Positions 52,820 to 64,000 of a stretch of DNA of 64,000 bases are shown one piece after another. The stretch is taken from the NCBI GenBank assembly GCA_964016885.1, contig OZ024764.1, positions 4,340,001 to 4,404,000 of the forward strand. The letters are read 5' to 3'. Below the pieces are notes generated by a model. That model was given only the letters and a program-made list of their open reading frames with translations. It made no database searches and was not told the origin of the DNA. The stretch comes from Eledone cirrhosa (Eukaryota). Both the position numbers and the translations under genes were made by a program. The first letter of the stretch is position 1, and every line of letters begins with the position of its first letter.

Positions 52820-53476
52820 CTGTGGTGGTAGAGGTGGTAGTGTAGTGGTAGTATAGTGGTGGTAGTTGTAGAGGTGGTAGTGTAGTGGTGGTAGTGTAGT
52901 AGTTGTAGAGGTGGTAGTATAGTGGTAGTAGTGTAGTGGTAGTTGTAGAGGTGGTTGTATAATGGTAGTGTACCTGTGGTAGTAGTGTAGTGGTGGTGGT
53001 GGTAGAGGTGGTAGTATAGTGGTGGTAGTGTAGTGGTAGTTGTAGAGGTGGTAGTATAATGGTTGTGTACCTGTGGTAGTAGTGTAGTGATGGTGGTGGT
53101 AGAGGTGGTAGTGGTGGTGGTGGTGGTAGTAGCGGTCGTGGTAGTGGTGGTGGTGGTGGTAGTAGCGGTCGTAGTAGTAGTGGTGGTGGTGGTAGTATAG
53201 TTGTAGTGGTAGAGGCAGTAGTAGAAGTGTAGTGGTTTAAACTGATCTTAACAATCACAGTTTTAACTAAATTTTAACAATCACAGTTTTAACTAGACCT
53301 TAACAATCACAGTTTAAATATACCTTAACAATCACAGTTTAAATATACCTTAACTATCTCAGTTTTAAATATACCTTAACAATCACAGTTTTAACTAGAC
53401 CTTAACAATCACAGTTTTAACTAGACCTTAACAATCACAGACCCTAACAAAAGCCAGAGAATCCAAAGTAGTTTAC

Positions 53477-53636
53477 CTGGGTTAGGTATATTAAGCGTAT
53501 CAGTGAGGTAGGTAGCAAGATTTTCTCGGGAAAACCGCAGCTTTTCAGGTACGCTTATTGTCCCTTTTAGGTAACCCTGCAAACTGAGCCCTAATAATTT
53601 CTCCAAGTCCTGTACAGCCTGGTCTGGATCAGTCAC
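53477..53636 (-). CDS. ACAD10: ACAD10 coding exon 5 (end of HAD, start of APH domain)
   Basis: ccag|VTDPDQAVQDLEKLLG...TLNIPNP G|gtaaac. 160 nt, phase 0 to 1. Confidence 0.92.
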
Positions 53637-53792
53637 CTGGAGAGAGCAAAATTATACAATATTAGAGGTGTTTGAAGTGTCGGTGTATGTGTGATTGTTG
53701 ATTGTTAGGGTTATATACAACTATAGAGGGTACAGGCATACCCTAGCCTCACCTAGAATAACAATTTTGTTGTATTATATATATATTTATAT

Positions 53793-54011
53793 ATATAATA
53801 CAAAACGAAAAATCAGTGATGCATCTGAACTCAATTTATTGTGTGTTACAATTGTTTCCCTGGCAGACAGCTCGAGACGCGATCATTGTGTGGATCTGTC
53901 TGATTCTAGACCCACAGGTCGTCGGACACGTCTAATGATTTCGGAGCATATTGTGTAACACATAATAAATTGAGTCCAGATGCATCACTGATTTTTCGTT
54001 TTATATTATAT
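53793..54011. repeat. Inverted repeat (about 58-bp arms)
   Basis: aaaatcagtgatgcatctg..ctcaatttatt ... aataaattgag..cagatgcatcactgatttt. Confidence 0.82.
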
Positions 54012-54173
54012 CATACTCTGCTCTGTAAGAGCATAGAGTGCTCAACCGGCATACCGCCTATGGAAGCATCTTAGCTACCATCACACACCCACACACCCAC
54101 ACACATATATATATAGAGAGAGAGATGAAGATGAGGCCTGATATCCAGCTTGAGAGCCGACTCAGCTACTTAC

Positions 54174-54332
54174 CTTGATTGTCTGTATACCGAGTTGTTT
54201 GGCAGATTTAAGGTTGACCCCTAAATCGTCGAGGAAGACGGTTTGTTGGGGTTTCATTCTCAAAGCTTTCAGACACATTTCATATATTATGGGATCTGGT
54301 TTCCGATACTTCACTACTGCGGACTCTATTAC
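54174..54332 (-). CDS. ACAD10: ACAD10 coding exon 4 (HAD motifs KPDP and FLDD)
   Basis: cccag|VIESAVVKYRKPDPIIYEMCL...VFLDDLGVNLKSAKQLGIQTIK|gtaagt. 159 nt. Not in the ORF track on this strand. Confidence 0.93.
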
Positions 54333-54469
54333 CTGGGATAGGAAACAGAGAGAAATATATATAATAAAATAAATATGGTTTTATAAATATAGTTTCCATT
54401 TATTAATATATTGTATATATATATATATATATATATACTATATTATATTTAGAGATTAAACTCATAGTC

Positions 54470-55033
54470 GTTTAATGGACTTGGTGAATACCCACAAAGT
54501 TTTTAACCATCTCGCCAACTGCAACCCTGAGCGCCTCTTTGATCTCCATGTGTCTAACACACGTGGACATGCCTACAAGATAAGAAAACAGCACAGCTCC
54601 CATGACTTTCGCAGACATTTTTTCACGCTCAGAGTTGCTGAAGCATGGAACAAACTGCCTGCGTCAATTGTTAGCTGCCGAGACACTGCATCCTTTAAGA
54701 CACTCATGCTTCCCGAAATACGCCAAAACTACACCTGATGTACCCTTTCCATACACATGCACACGTGTGTATCATGACTCGTGCACTGTTCATTTTACTG
54801 ATGTTTGTGCATTGCCCTATGTACTGTACATGCACTTTTTTGATGAGTTGTGGTGCACCTGGGCACTGTACATAATATTTCATTATTGTTATTGTTATTA
54901 TATCATGACTCATACACTGTTCATTTTCCTGACATTTGTACATTATTCTATGTACTATACATGCACCTTTGATGAGTTGTAGTGCACCTGAGCACTGTAC
55001 ACAATAATTTCATTATTATTATTATTATTATTA
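54470..55033 (+). mobile_element. CR1 3' fragment without the 61-bp amplification; 3' UTR duplicated
   Basis: TRGHAYK, FFTLRVAEAWNKLP; two (ATT)n-ended UTR copies. Confidence 0.85.
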
Positions 55034-55083
55034 TATACAATTAATCAGCTCAAAGAAAGAGGCATTTCTGAGCAGTGAAATAC

Positions 55084-55271
55084 AAGTTATATATTAATAT
55101 ATATGATAAACACAAACGTGTTTGTATTGTAACAGACAAAGTTAGCTAGCATGAAATAAACTAATTAAAGTGAATACAATTTGTCTGTCTCGATATAAGT
55201 CAATAAAGACAAGCTTATATTGTTACAATACAAACACGTTTGTGTTTATCATATATATTAAGATATAACTT
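55084..55271. repeat. Inverted repeat (about 48-bp arms)
   Basis: atgataaacacaaacgtgtttgtattgtaaca ... tgttacaatacaaacacgtttgtgtttatcat. Confidence 0.85.
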
Positions 55272-55563
55272 ATATATATATATATGTAAAGTTATGTTGG
55301 TGCCACACCATCCAGGCCGAAAGAAATGAGATCGTGTAGGTGTCACGACAAAAAAACACACAGTCCACGCTGTAATGTGGCCGTGTAGGCAACACGGTAA
55401 ACACCTCCCAGACCCACACTGTAAATGTGGTTGGTGTTAGGAAGGGCATCCAACTGTAGAAAACCTGCCAGACAGTCCTATGCGAGCAAGACAATCACTC
55501 TTGCCTCAAGTGGGAAAACCCCCGTCCAAACCCATGCAAGCGTGGAACACGGACGTTAAACGT

Positions 55564-55597
<34 letters not shown>

Positions 55598-55653
55598 ATA
55601 TATATATAGTGACAAAACATAAGTCAATTGCATGAACTCATAATCCTTTATTT

Positions 55654-55709
55654 ACTGCTATATATATTTCGATGATAGCCATTGAATGGCTATGACCTCA
55701 TCAGGCAGT
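55654..55709 (-). ncRNA. Putative minimal type I hammerhead ribozyme (Penelope-like element remnant)
   Basis: ACTGC-CTGATGA-GGTCATAGCCATTCAATGGCTATCATC-GAAA-TATATA-TA-GCAGT: stem I, stem II and a palindromic stem III. Confidence 0.65.
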
Positions 55710-55778
55710 TACTCAGTTCTTAGATATGCCAGCTCTGTGAGTATAGTGTTGATGGTATCAGCCTTGGGACATATATAT

Positions 55779-56307
55779 CTATCTATCTAAGGCGGGTAAA
55801 ATTCCCGAGATCCATGGACGAGTTCTCTCCAGCGGTCTCTGTCCCTCATTATCGCTGCCATGTCCTGCATCTCCAACAGACCAGTGTCTGTCCTTAGGGC
55901 ATCAACATACGTTAACCTTGGTCTTCCTCTTCTAGTGTGTCCATGTAGGGGCTCCCAAAGGAGCACTGAGTGCAATGTCAACTCTGGATGTCGGTGAGCA
56001 TGTCCAGCCAACCTCAGTCTCCTCTGTGTCACTTTTGAGCTGACTTTTGGGATGCTCCCATACAGCTCTGAGTTTTTCATCCTCACTGTATACTGATTAA
56101 TGTTCAGAGCCATCCTCAGCATTCTCGTGTAGCACCCATCCACCATCTGAGTGAGTTTCTTGGTCAGTGTCCAAGTCTCAGACCCATACAGCAGCACAGA
56201 TTCCACTACAGCAATGAAGAGGCGGATTTTCAGGTCTCTACGAAGGTCCGACTTCCACACCGATCTCATTGGGAATACGGAAGATGATGTGGTTGAGAGG
56301 AAGAGCA

Positions 56308-56308
<1 letters not shown>
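55779..56308 (-). mobile_element. RTE-type LINE 3' fragment (same family as 58472) with a short inverted 5' piece
   Basis: Motifs LLYGSETW, RLRLAGH, GRPR; (TAGA)n tail; TSD GGACATATATAT. Confidence 0.82.
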
Positions 56309-56358
<50 letters not shown>

Positions 56359-57059
56359 CTCGGAATAATCTTTCCTAGAGCTATTTAATTGTAAGAGACA
56401 ATTTTGAGTTTCTAACTCAAAATATACCTTTTATATATATGCCTATATATTAATTGTTTCTACTTTTGGCACAAGGCCAGCAATTATCCCAGTGTATTAC
56501 TGGTACTTTATTTTATCAACCCCCGTAATACTTGTTTCTACTTTTGGCACAAGGCCAGCATTTACCCCAGTGTATTACTGGTACTTTATTTTATCAACCC
56601 CCGTAATACTTGTTTCTACTTTTGGCACAAGGCCAGCATTTACCCCAGTGTATTACTGGTACTTTATTTTATCAACCCCCGTAATACTTGTTTCTACTTT
56701 TGGCACAAGGCCAGCATTTACGCCAGTGCATAACTGGTTCTTTATTTTATCGACTCCGTAAGGCAAAGTTAACCTCAGGGGGATTTGAATTCAGAACGCA
56801 AAATATGGTGTCTGACGCTCTACCGATATTGCTGTTCTTCAATAATAATTGTTTCTCCTTTTGGCACAAGGCCAGCAATTATCCCAGTGTATTACTGGTA
56901 CTTTATTTTATCGACCCCGTAAGAATGAAAGGCAAAGGTAACTTCGGCGGGATTTGAACTCAGAGCATAAAGGGCCGTAATAAAATGGACGATTTGTTAT
57001 GTCTTCATTACGTTTATTGAGTAGTGACACGTGTTTCACTGTTGATCGGCTCAAGTGTC

Positions 57060-58070
57060 AAGGGCTACCTCCCTACTCACCACCATAGGCCCTGAGCAGT
57101 AGAGACTTCTGGTGTCCTTGGCCCTAGGGCTACCTCCCTACTTACTACCATAGGCCCTGAGCTGGCTACCTGTAGCAGTGGAGACTTCTGGTGTCCTTGG
57201 CCCTAGGGCTACCTCCCTACTTACCACCATAGGCACAGACCTGGCTACCTGTAGCAGTGGAGACTTCTGGTGTCCTTGACCCTAGGACTACCTCCCTACT
57301 TACCACCATAGGCACAGAGCTGGCTACCTGTAGCAGTGGAGACTTCTGGTGTCCTTGGCCCTAGGGCTACCTCCCTACTCACCACCATAGGTGTAAAGCT
57401 GGCTACCTGTAGCAGTGGAGACCTGGTGTCCTTGACCCTAGGGCTACCTCCCTACTTACCACCATAGGCACAGACCTGGCTACCTGTAGCAGTGGAGACT
57501 TCTGGTGTCCTTGACCCTAGGACTACCTCCCTACTTACCACCATAGGCACAGAGCTGGCTACCTGTAGCAGTGGAGACTTCTGGTGTCCTTGGCCCTAGG
57601 GCTACCTCCCTACTCACCACCATAGGTGTAAAGCTGGCTACCTGTAGCAGTGGAGACCTGGTGTCCTTGACCCTAGGGCTACCTCCCTACTTACCACCAT
57701 AGGCACAGACCTGGCTACCTGTAGCAGTGGAGACTTCTGGTGTCCTTGGCCCTAGGGCTACCTCCCTACTTACCACCATAGGCACAGACCTGGCTACCTG
57801 TAGCAGTGGAGACTTCTGGTGTCCTTGGCCCTAGGGCTACCTCCCATCTCACTACCATAGGTACAGAGCTGGCTACCTGTAGCAGTGGAGACTTCTGGTG
57901 TCCTTGGCCCTAGGGCTACCTCCCTACTCACCACCATAGGCCCTGAGCTGGCCAGCCGCAGGTGTGAGCCTCGCGAGACGGAATGACTCTTCCAGCACAT
58001 CTCCCTTACCATCCTCCGGGGAAACGCCTTCTCCATCCTGTCCGCCGGGGCTGTGGGGAGACCAGCATAT
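57060..58070 (+). mobile_element. CRE-like (restriction-like endonuclease) retrotransposon 3' fragment with a 79-bp tandem expansion (about 11 copies)
   Basis: PVAVETSGVLGPRATSLLTTIGPELASRRCEPRETE*LFQHISLTILRGNAFSILSA resembles the CRE-clade C-terminus (P.AVET.G...FQ.IS....RGNA). Confidence 0.7.
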
Positions 58071-58219
58071 GGGACCCCATTTGCTCACCATACGGATTGA
58101 TAAGCAAAGTCCATATTATCATAGTATATTATCTTCATTGTCAAATGACGCTCATTGTCAAAGTATCGTCTCCCTGTATAAACGAATGTCTAGGTTTTAA
58201 TAGCGTTCATTTTGATTAA

Positions 58220-59353
58220 CCCTTTAATGTTCAAACCAGCCAAAACCGGCCAGAATTCTCTACCTCTTTCTGTTGAAACTGGCTGTAACTGGTCGCTCAA
58301 ACTGATGTTAAGGTATTGTTCTCAAAATAAATACTTTCAAAATCTCATAGATTCGATATTATGTGAGATAAAGGCTTTATCATGAAAATACAATAGTATA
58401 TATAGAGAAATGTGAATGTTATGTGAGATATTATGTGAGGTAAAGCCTTTACTGTGAAAATACAATAGTATTCTAGGGCGGGTAAAATTCCCGAGATCCA
58501 TGGACGAGTTCTCTCCAGCGGTCTCTGTCCATCATTATCTCTGCCATGTCCTGCGTCTCCAACAGACCAGTGTCTGTCCTTAGGGCATCAACATACGTTA
58601 ACCTCGGTCTACCTCTTCCAGTGTGTCAATGCAGGGGCTCCCACAGGAACACTGAGTGCAGTGTCAACTCTGGATGTCGATCTCACTGACCTCACTTGTG
58701 GCAAAGACCCTCAACAGGATGATTCTTAACAGGATCCAGCCTGAGATGGAGAAGAAGCTCAGGGACAACCAGAACGGCTTCAGAGAGAGATCAACCACCA
58801 GTCACATCCTGATGCTGAGGAGGATATTAGAGGGAGCTAGAGCAAAGTGCCTTCCTGCGGTCATGGTTTTCATTGACTTTAGGAAGGCCTTCGATTCTGT
58901 GGACCGTCACTGCCTGATGAAGATCTTACAGGCTTATGGAATCCCCAAGAAGATAGTGGACCTGATATCACTGCTCTACACCAACACCAAAGCCCAAGTC
59001 ATTAAACCTTATGGGATGACAGAGTCCTTTGAGATACTGGCTGGAGTGCTCCAGGGAGATACATTGGCTCCCTACCTTTTTATCATCGTAGTGGACTATT
59101 GTATGCGCCTTGTGCTGGAGAAACACCAGGACTCTGGCTTTACTGTAACACCGGCTCAGAGCAGGAGAGTTAGGGCGAAAAAGGTATCGGATGCTGAATT
59201 TGCCGACGACATAGTTTTGGTGACAAATACAGTGAAGGAGGCAGAGGATTTGATGCGGGAGGTTGAGACTGTGTCGATGAGTGTGGGGCTGAGAATGAAT
59301 GAGACTAAAACAAAATACAATAGTATATATAGAGTAATGTGTATGCTAAAGGG
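58220..59353. mobile_element. Same MITE family, hosting an RTE-type insertion
   Basis: TTAA-CCCTTTA ... ATGCTAAAGGG-TTAA. Confidence 0.72.
58472..59311. mobile_element. RTE-type LINE copy with a 5' inversion and 15-bp TSD
   Basis: The 3' end lies on the minus strand (58472 to ~58680) and the RT segment on the plus strand (FIDFRKAFD, LQGDTLAP, FADD). TSD AAAATACAATAGTAT. Confidence 0.85.
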
Positions 59354-59451
59354 TTAAAGTTATCATTTTTGCAATGTTTACTTTGAAAACTTGCAAGAAG
59401 AAATCTGTATCGATCTGGCCTGACTCTGTAATGAGAAGCTCGTTGGACTTG

Positions 59452-60685
59452 TAGAGAGAGAAAGATGTCTAGAGAGAGGGGGAGATGTCTAGAGAGAGAG
59501 AGGGAGATGTCTAGAGATAGAAAGGGAGGTGTCTAGGGAGAGGGGGAGATGTCTAGAGATAGAAAGGGAGGTGTCTAGGGAGAGGGGGAGATGTCTAGAG
59601 AGAGAGAGAGAGGGGGGAGATGTCTAGAGAGAAAGGGAGGTGTCTAGAGAGAGGGGGAGAGAAAGATGTCTAGAGAGAGGGAGAGAGAGAGAGAGAGAGA
59701 TATGTCTAGAGAGAGGGGGAGAGAGAGAGATATGTCTAGAGAGAGAAAGGGAGGTGTCTAGAGAGAGAGGGGGAGAGGTGTCTAGAGAGAGGGAGAGAGA
59801 GAGTGGGAGATGTCTAGAGAGAGAAAGGGAGATGTCTAGAGAGAGAAAGAGAGATGTCTAGAGAGAGGGGGAGAGAAAGAGAGATGTCTAGAGAGAGGGG
59901 GAGAGAAAGATGTCTAGAGAGAGAGAGAGATAGATGTCTAGAGAGAGGGGGAGAGAGAGATAGATGTCTAGAGAGAGAGAGAGAGAGAGTGTGTACTTAC
60001 GACATCAAAGAGGCTTCTGTCGAGGGGTAAGAAGGAATGTGAGTGGTGGATGAGCCAGTTGTTGGTGAGGAGGGCTGTCAGGTATCCTTCTGCCCTGACA
60101 CACTGGATTAGGTCTACCATCTGGGGGTAGGGAGTCACCTCTGGGGAGTAGTGGAACTTGGGTAGCAGTTCTGACACGTTGATTGGGTGGCCTACCTGGG
60201 TAGATAGAGAAATACAGAGATATATAGAGAGAGTGAGGGAGAGAGAGAGATAGAGAAGGAGATATAGTGGGAGTGAGAGAGAGAGAAAGAAAGAGGAGAT
60301 ATAGTGAAAGAGAGAGAGAGAGAAAGAAAGAGTGTGAGTGAGAGAGAGAGAGAGAGAAAGAAAGAGTGTGAGAGAGAGAGAGAGAGAGAGAGAAAGAAAG
60401 AGTGTGAGTGAGAGAGAGAGAGAGAGAAAGAAAGAGTGTGAGTGAGAGATAAAGAAAGAAAGAGAAAGAGATATAGTGATAGTGTGAGAGAGAGAAAGAA
60501 AGAGGAGATATAGTGAAAGAGAGAGATAGAGAGAGAGAAAGAAAGAGTGTGAGTGAGAGATAAAGAAAGAAAGAGAAGGAGATATAGTGAAAGAGAGAGA
60601 GAGAGAAAGAGTGAGTGAGAGATAAAGAAAGAGAAAGAGATATAGTGATAGTGAGAGAGAGAGAAAGAGAAAGAGGAGATATAGT

Positions 60686-60716
<31 letters not shown>

Positions 60717-61290
60717 TGTGAGTGAGAGATAAAGAGAAAGAGAGAGAGATAAAGAAAGAAAGAGAAAGAGATATAGTGATAGTGAGAGAGAGAGAAAGAA
60801 AGAGGAGATATAGTGAAAGAGAGAGAGAGAGAGAGAAAGAGTGTGAGTGAGAGATAAAGAGAAAGAGAGAGAGATAAAGAAAGAAAGAGAAAGAGATATA
60901 GTGATAGTGAGAGAGAGAGAAAGAAAGAGGAGATATAGTGAAAGAGAGAGAGAGAGAGAGAGAGAAAGAAAGAGTGTGAGTGAGAGATAAAGAAAGAAAG
61001 AGAAAGAGATATAGTGATAGTGAGAGAGAGAGAAAGAAAGAGGAGATATAGTGAAAGAGAGAGAGAGAGAGAGAAAGAAAGAGTGTGAGTGAGAGATAAA
61101 GAAAGAGGAGATATAGTGAAAGAGAGAGAGAGAGATAAAGAGAAAGAGAGAGAGATAAAGAAAGAAAGAGAAAGAGATATAGTGATAGTGAGAGAGAGAG
61201 AGAAAGAAAGAGGAAATATAGTGAAAGAGAGAGAGAGAGATAGAAAGAGATAAAGAGAGACTGAGAGATAAAGAGAGAGTGAGAGAGAGT
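59452..61290. repeat. GA-rich simple repeats flanking exon 3 (59452-59990 and 60200-61290)
   Basis: (GA)n punctuated by TGTCTA or ATATAGTG. Confidence 0.9.
60001..60195 (-). CDS. ACAD10: ACAD10 coding exon 3 (HAD domain)
   Basis: cccag|VGHPINV...CVRAEGYLTALLTNNW...LPLDRSLFDV|gtaagt. 195 nt. Confidence 0.93.
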
Positions 61291-61303
61291 TATGCTATCC
61301 GAC

Positions 61304-61452
61304 CTTTTCCAAACACTCTTGTCCAAAATGTTCCACAAATTCATTCGAGGTAAAAGCCCCTCGCTCCAACATGGCCCATGCCCCCCTGTCACCACCAGCT
61401 TTGATCACACTGACTAGGGTCCCTGCAGGGAGGTCATGCTTGGATTCAAATT
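61304..61452 (-). CDS. ACAD10: ACAD10 coding exon 2 (HAD domain)
   Basis: ttgtag|(E)FESKHDLPAGTL...WAMLERG...FGQECLEK|gtcgga. 149 nt, phase 1 to 0. Confidence 0.9.
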
Positions 61453-61559
61453 CTACAAAGAAACAACAACAACAATAATCACCAAAGTATTTTTTTAACA
61501 ACAAAACAAAAAAAAAAAAAACTCAAAACAAGCAACAAAAATATCCAATAAAAACCACA

Positions 61560-63586
61560 AACTGGTAACTGAAGCTGGTTGTGGACAAGGGTACCATCGC
61601 GTATTTTGTGGGGACAACCCACCGTCCACATACGCCCTCCACAACACTAATATCAAGAAGGCTTCTTGTGAACGTGACCTGGGCATAGGAGTTATGGACC
61701 TGACTCCAGTATCGATCTGCTCCTCAGCCATATGAGATGTCATCTGGTGAACCATATGGATCTGTTCTTGGCCCCCTTCTGTTTGTGGCATATATTAATG
61801 ACATAGATGCCAACTTAAAGAATGCCACAGTACTGAAATATGCAGATGACATCAAGCTGTACCTTGAGATAAAAAGGACAGATCCTGAACACTATAGATC
61901 TTGCCTGCAGTCTGACCTGGACACAATGCAACAATGGATCACAGACTGGCAACTTAAGCTAGCTGTGGACAAGTGTACCACCATGCATTTTGGGAGGAAA
62001 AACCCAGCATCCACATACTAATATCAAGAAGTCTTCTTGTGAACGTGACCTGGGCATTACTGTCAGCAGTGATTTGCGTTGAACGAAGCACGTCTCTAAA
62101 ATTGTCAAGAAGACCGAGGGTGTCTTAGCATCACTCAGCAAGACCTTTGTCAGCCGCTCTCCAGCTATCTATTTAAAGCTGTACATGGCTATGGTGCGGC
62201 CACACTTAGAATTTGTATCACCAGTCTGGAACCCCTATCTTGCTCAGAACATTGACCTCCTGGAAACTGTTCAAAGACGTGCAACCAAGCGAATACCCTC
62301 CATCAGGCATCTACCATACTCTGAACACCTTACTTCCCTGGGCATGGATACATTGAAGCTCTGATGTCTGGCAACTGACTTGGTAAACACCCACAAAATT
62401 ATTAACCATCTTGCCAACAACAACCCTGAGCACCTTTTTGATTTCCATGTGTCTAACACACGTGGACATGCCTACAAAGTCAGAAAACAGCACAGGTCCC
62501 ATAACTTTCAGAAACATTTTTTCACTCTTAGAGTTGCTGAAGCATGGAACAAACTACCTTTATCAGTTGTTAGCTGTCGAGACACTGCATCCTTTAAAAC
62601 CTCCATGGAACAAACTACCTGCGTCAGTTGTTAGCTGTCGAGACACTGCATCCTTTAAAACCTCTATGGAACAAACTACCTGCATCAGTTGTTAGCTGTT
62701 GAGATACTGCATCCTTTAAAACCTCCATGGAACAAACTACCTGCATCAGTTGTTAGCTGTCGAGACACTGCATCCTTTAAAACCTCCATGGAACAAACTA
62801 CCTGCATCAGTTGTTAGCTGTCGAGACACTGCATCCTTTAAAACCTCCATGGAACAAACTCCCTGCATCAGTTGCTAGCTGTCGAGACACTGCATCCTTT
62901 AAAACCTCCATGGAACAAACTAGCTGCATCAGTTGTTAGCTGTCGAGACACTGCATCCTTTAAAACCTCCATGGAACAAACTACCTGCATCAGTTGTTAG
63001 CTGTCGAGACACTGCACCCTTTAAAACCTCCATGGAACAAACTACCTGCATCAGTTGTTAGCTGTCGAGACACTGCATCATTTAAAACCTCCATGGAACA
63101 AACTACCTGCATCAGTTGTAAGCTGTCGAGACACTGCATCCTTTTAAACCTCCATGGAACAAACTACCTGCATCAGTTGTTAGCTGTCGAGACACTGCAT
63201 CACTTAAAACCTCCATGGAACAAACTACCTGCATCAGTTGTTAGCTGTCGAGACACTGCATCCTTTAAAACCTCCATGGAACAAACTCCCTGCATCAGTT
63301 GTTAGTTGTCGAGACACTGCATCCTTTAAAACCTCCATGGAACAAACTACCTGCATCAGTTGTTAGCTGTCGAGACACTGCACCCTTTAAAACCTCCATG
63401 CTTCCTGAAATTCACCAACACTACACCTGATATTCCCCCTCCATACACACACACACATGTATATCATGACTCATACACTGTTCACTTTCCTGACATTTGT
63501 ACATTATTCTATGTACTATACATGCACCTTTGATGAGTTGTAGTGCACCTGAGCACTGTACACAATAATTTCATTATTATTATTAT
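61560..63586 (+). mobile_element. Degenerate CR1 RT plus 3' end with a 61-bp tandem (about 14 copies)
   Basis: GSVLGPLLF, YADD, VRPHLEF, VQRRATK, TRGH; tandem at 62544-63400. Confidence 0.88.
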
Positions 63587-63654
63587 TTTATCAAAATACA
63601 GTGTATTTCTTTGGAAATATTCTCATGAAAAGGGTTAAAGGAATGGTTTCTTAC

Positions 63655-63874
63655 CTTGGAAAACTGTGGTGGGGTTTGGTAGTATGACCCCTCCCATATC
63701 AAAGATCACACACTTGATGTCACCATGCTTGCTTGATGATTGACCCTTAGCACTCAGCATGGCACAGCAGTGGATTGCCCTGGGTTTAACCAGTCCCAGA
63801 TAAGGGCCATGACCTTGAGCCTGACTCTTCAACAGCTGGGCAAGCACCCGCTTCAAGTGGACAGCCCGCAACAT
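63655..63874 (-). CDS. ACAD10: ACAD10 coding exon 1 (putative start; mitochondrial-presequence-like N-terminus + HAD motif I)
   Basis: Reads MLRAVHLKRVLAQLL...IKCVIFDMGGVILPNPTTVFQ. Donor CAAG|gtaag, phase 1. An upstream acceptor ttttag at 63923 puts the exon start at about 63922, so the start ATG is inferred. Confidence 0.85.
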
Positions 63875-64000
63875 GTCGATGTCGAGCAAGGAAGCTGACC
63901 AGAGAAGGGGCACAAGAAAAGCCTAAAAATAGAACAATAAGGGGTTTGATTAGATAAATGAAATAAAATGGAATTAACCCTTTGTATTTAGGACTTACAC

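Noticed and set aside
59968-61395. 475-aa Ser/Leu ORF
   Set aside because: Only 60001-60195 is a real exon in this frame; the rest is mostly (CT)n intron.

Overview
This is eukaryotic, AT-rich, repeat-dense DNA; the SINE and MITE families look like those of octopus or other coleoid cephalopods (inference). The window is spanned on the minus strand by an ACAD10 gene (HAD + APH kinase + start of the acyl-CoA dehydrogenase domain). I traced 14 GT-AG exons (63874 to 21) that join in phase into about 762 codons, and the gene continues past the left edge. The introns hold a near-intact 5.65-kb Tx1/L1-clade LINE with one in-frame TGA, nested in a TTAA-flanked MITE. They also hold three stacked truncated Tx1 copies, RTE, CR1 and CRE-like fragments, tRNA-derived SINEs, fold-back elements carrying minimal hammerhead-ribozyme motifs, and many 44-189 bp tandem arrays. 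Most arrays are locally amplified pieces of TEs, but some are amplified pieces of ACAD10 exon/intron junctions that create runs of decoy splice donors. Two RTE-type copies both show TSD-flanked 5' inversions of the twin-priming type. Most long ORFs in the supplied track are repeat artefacts.
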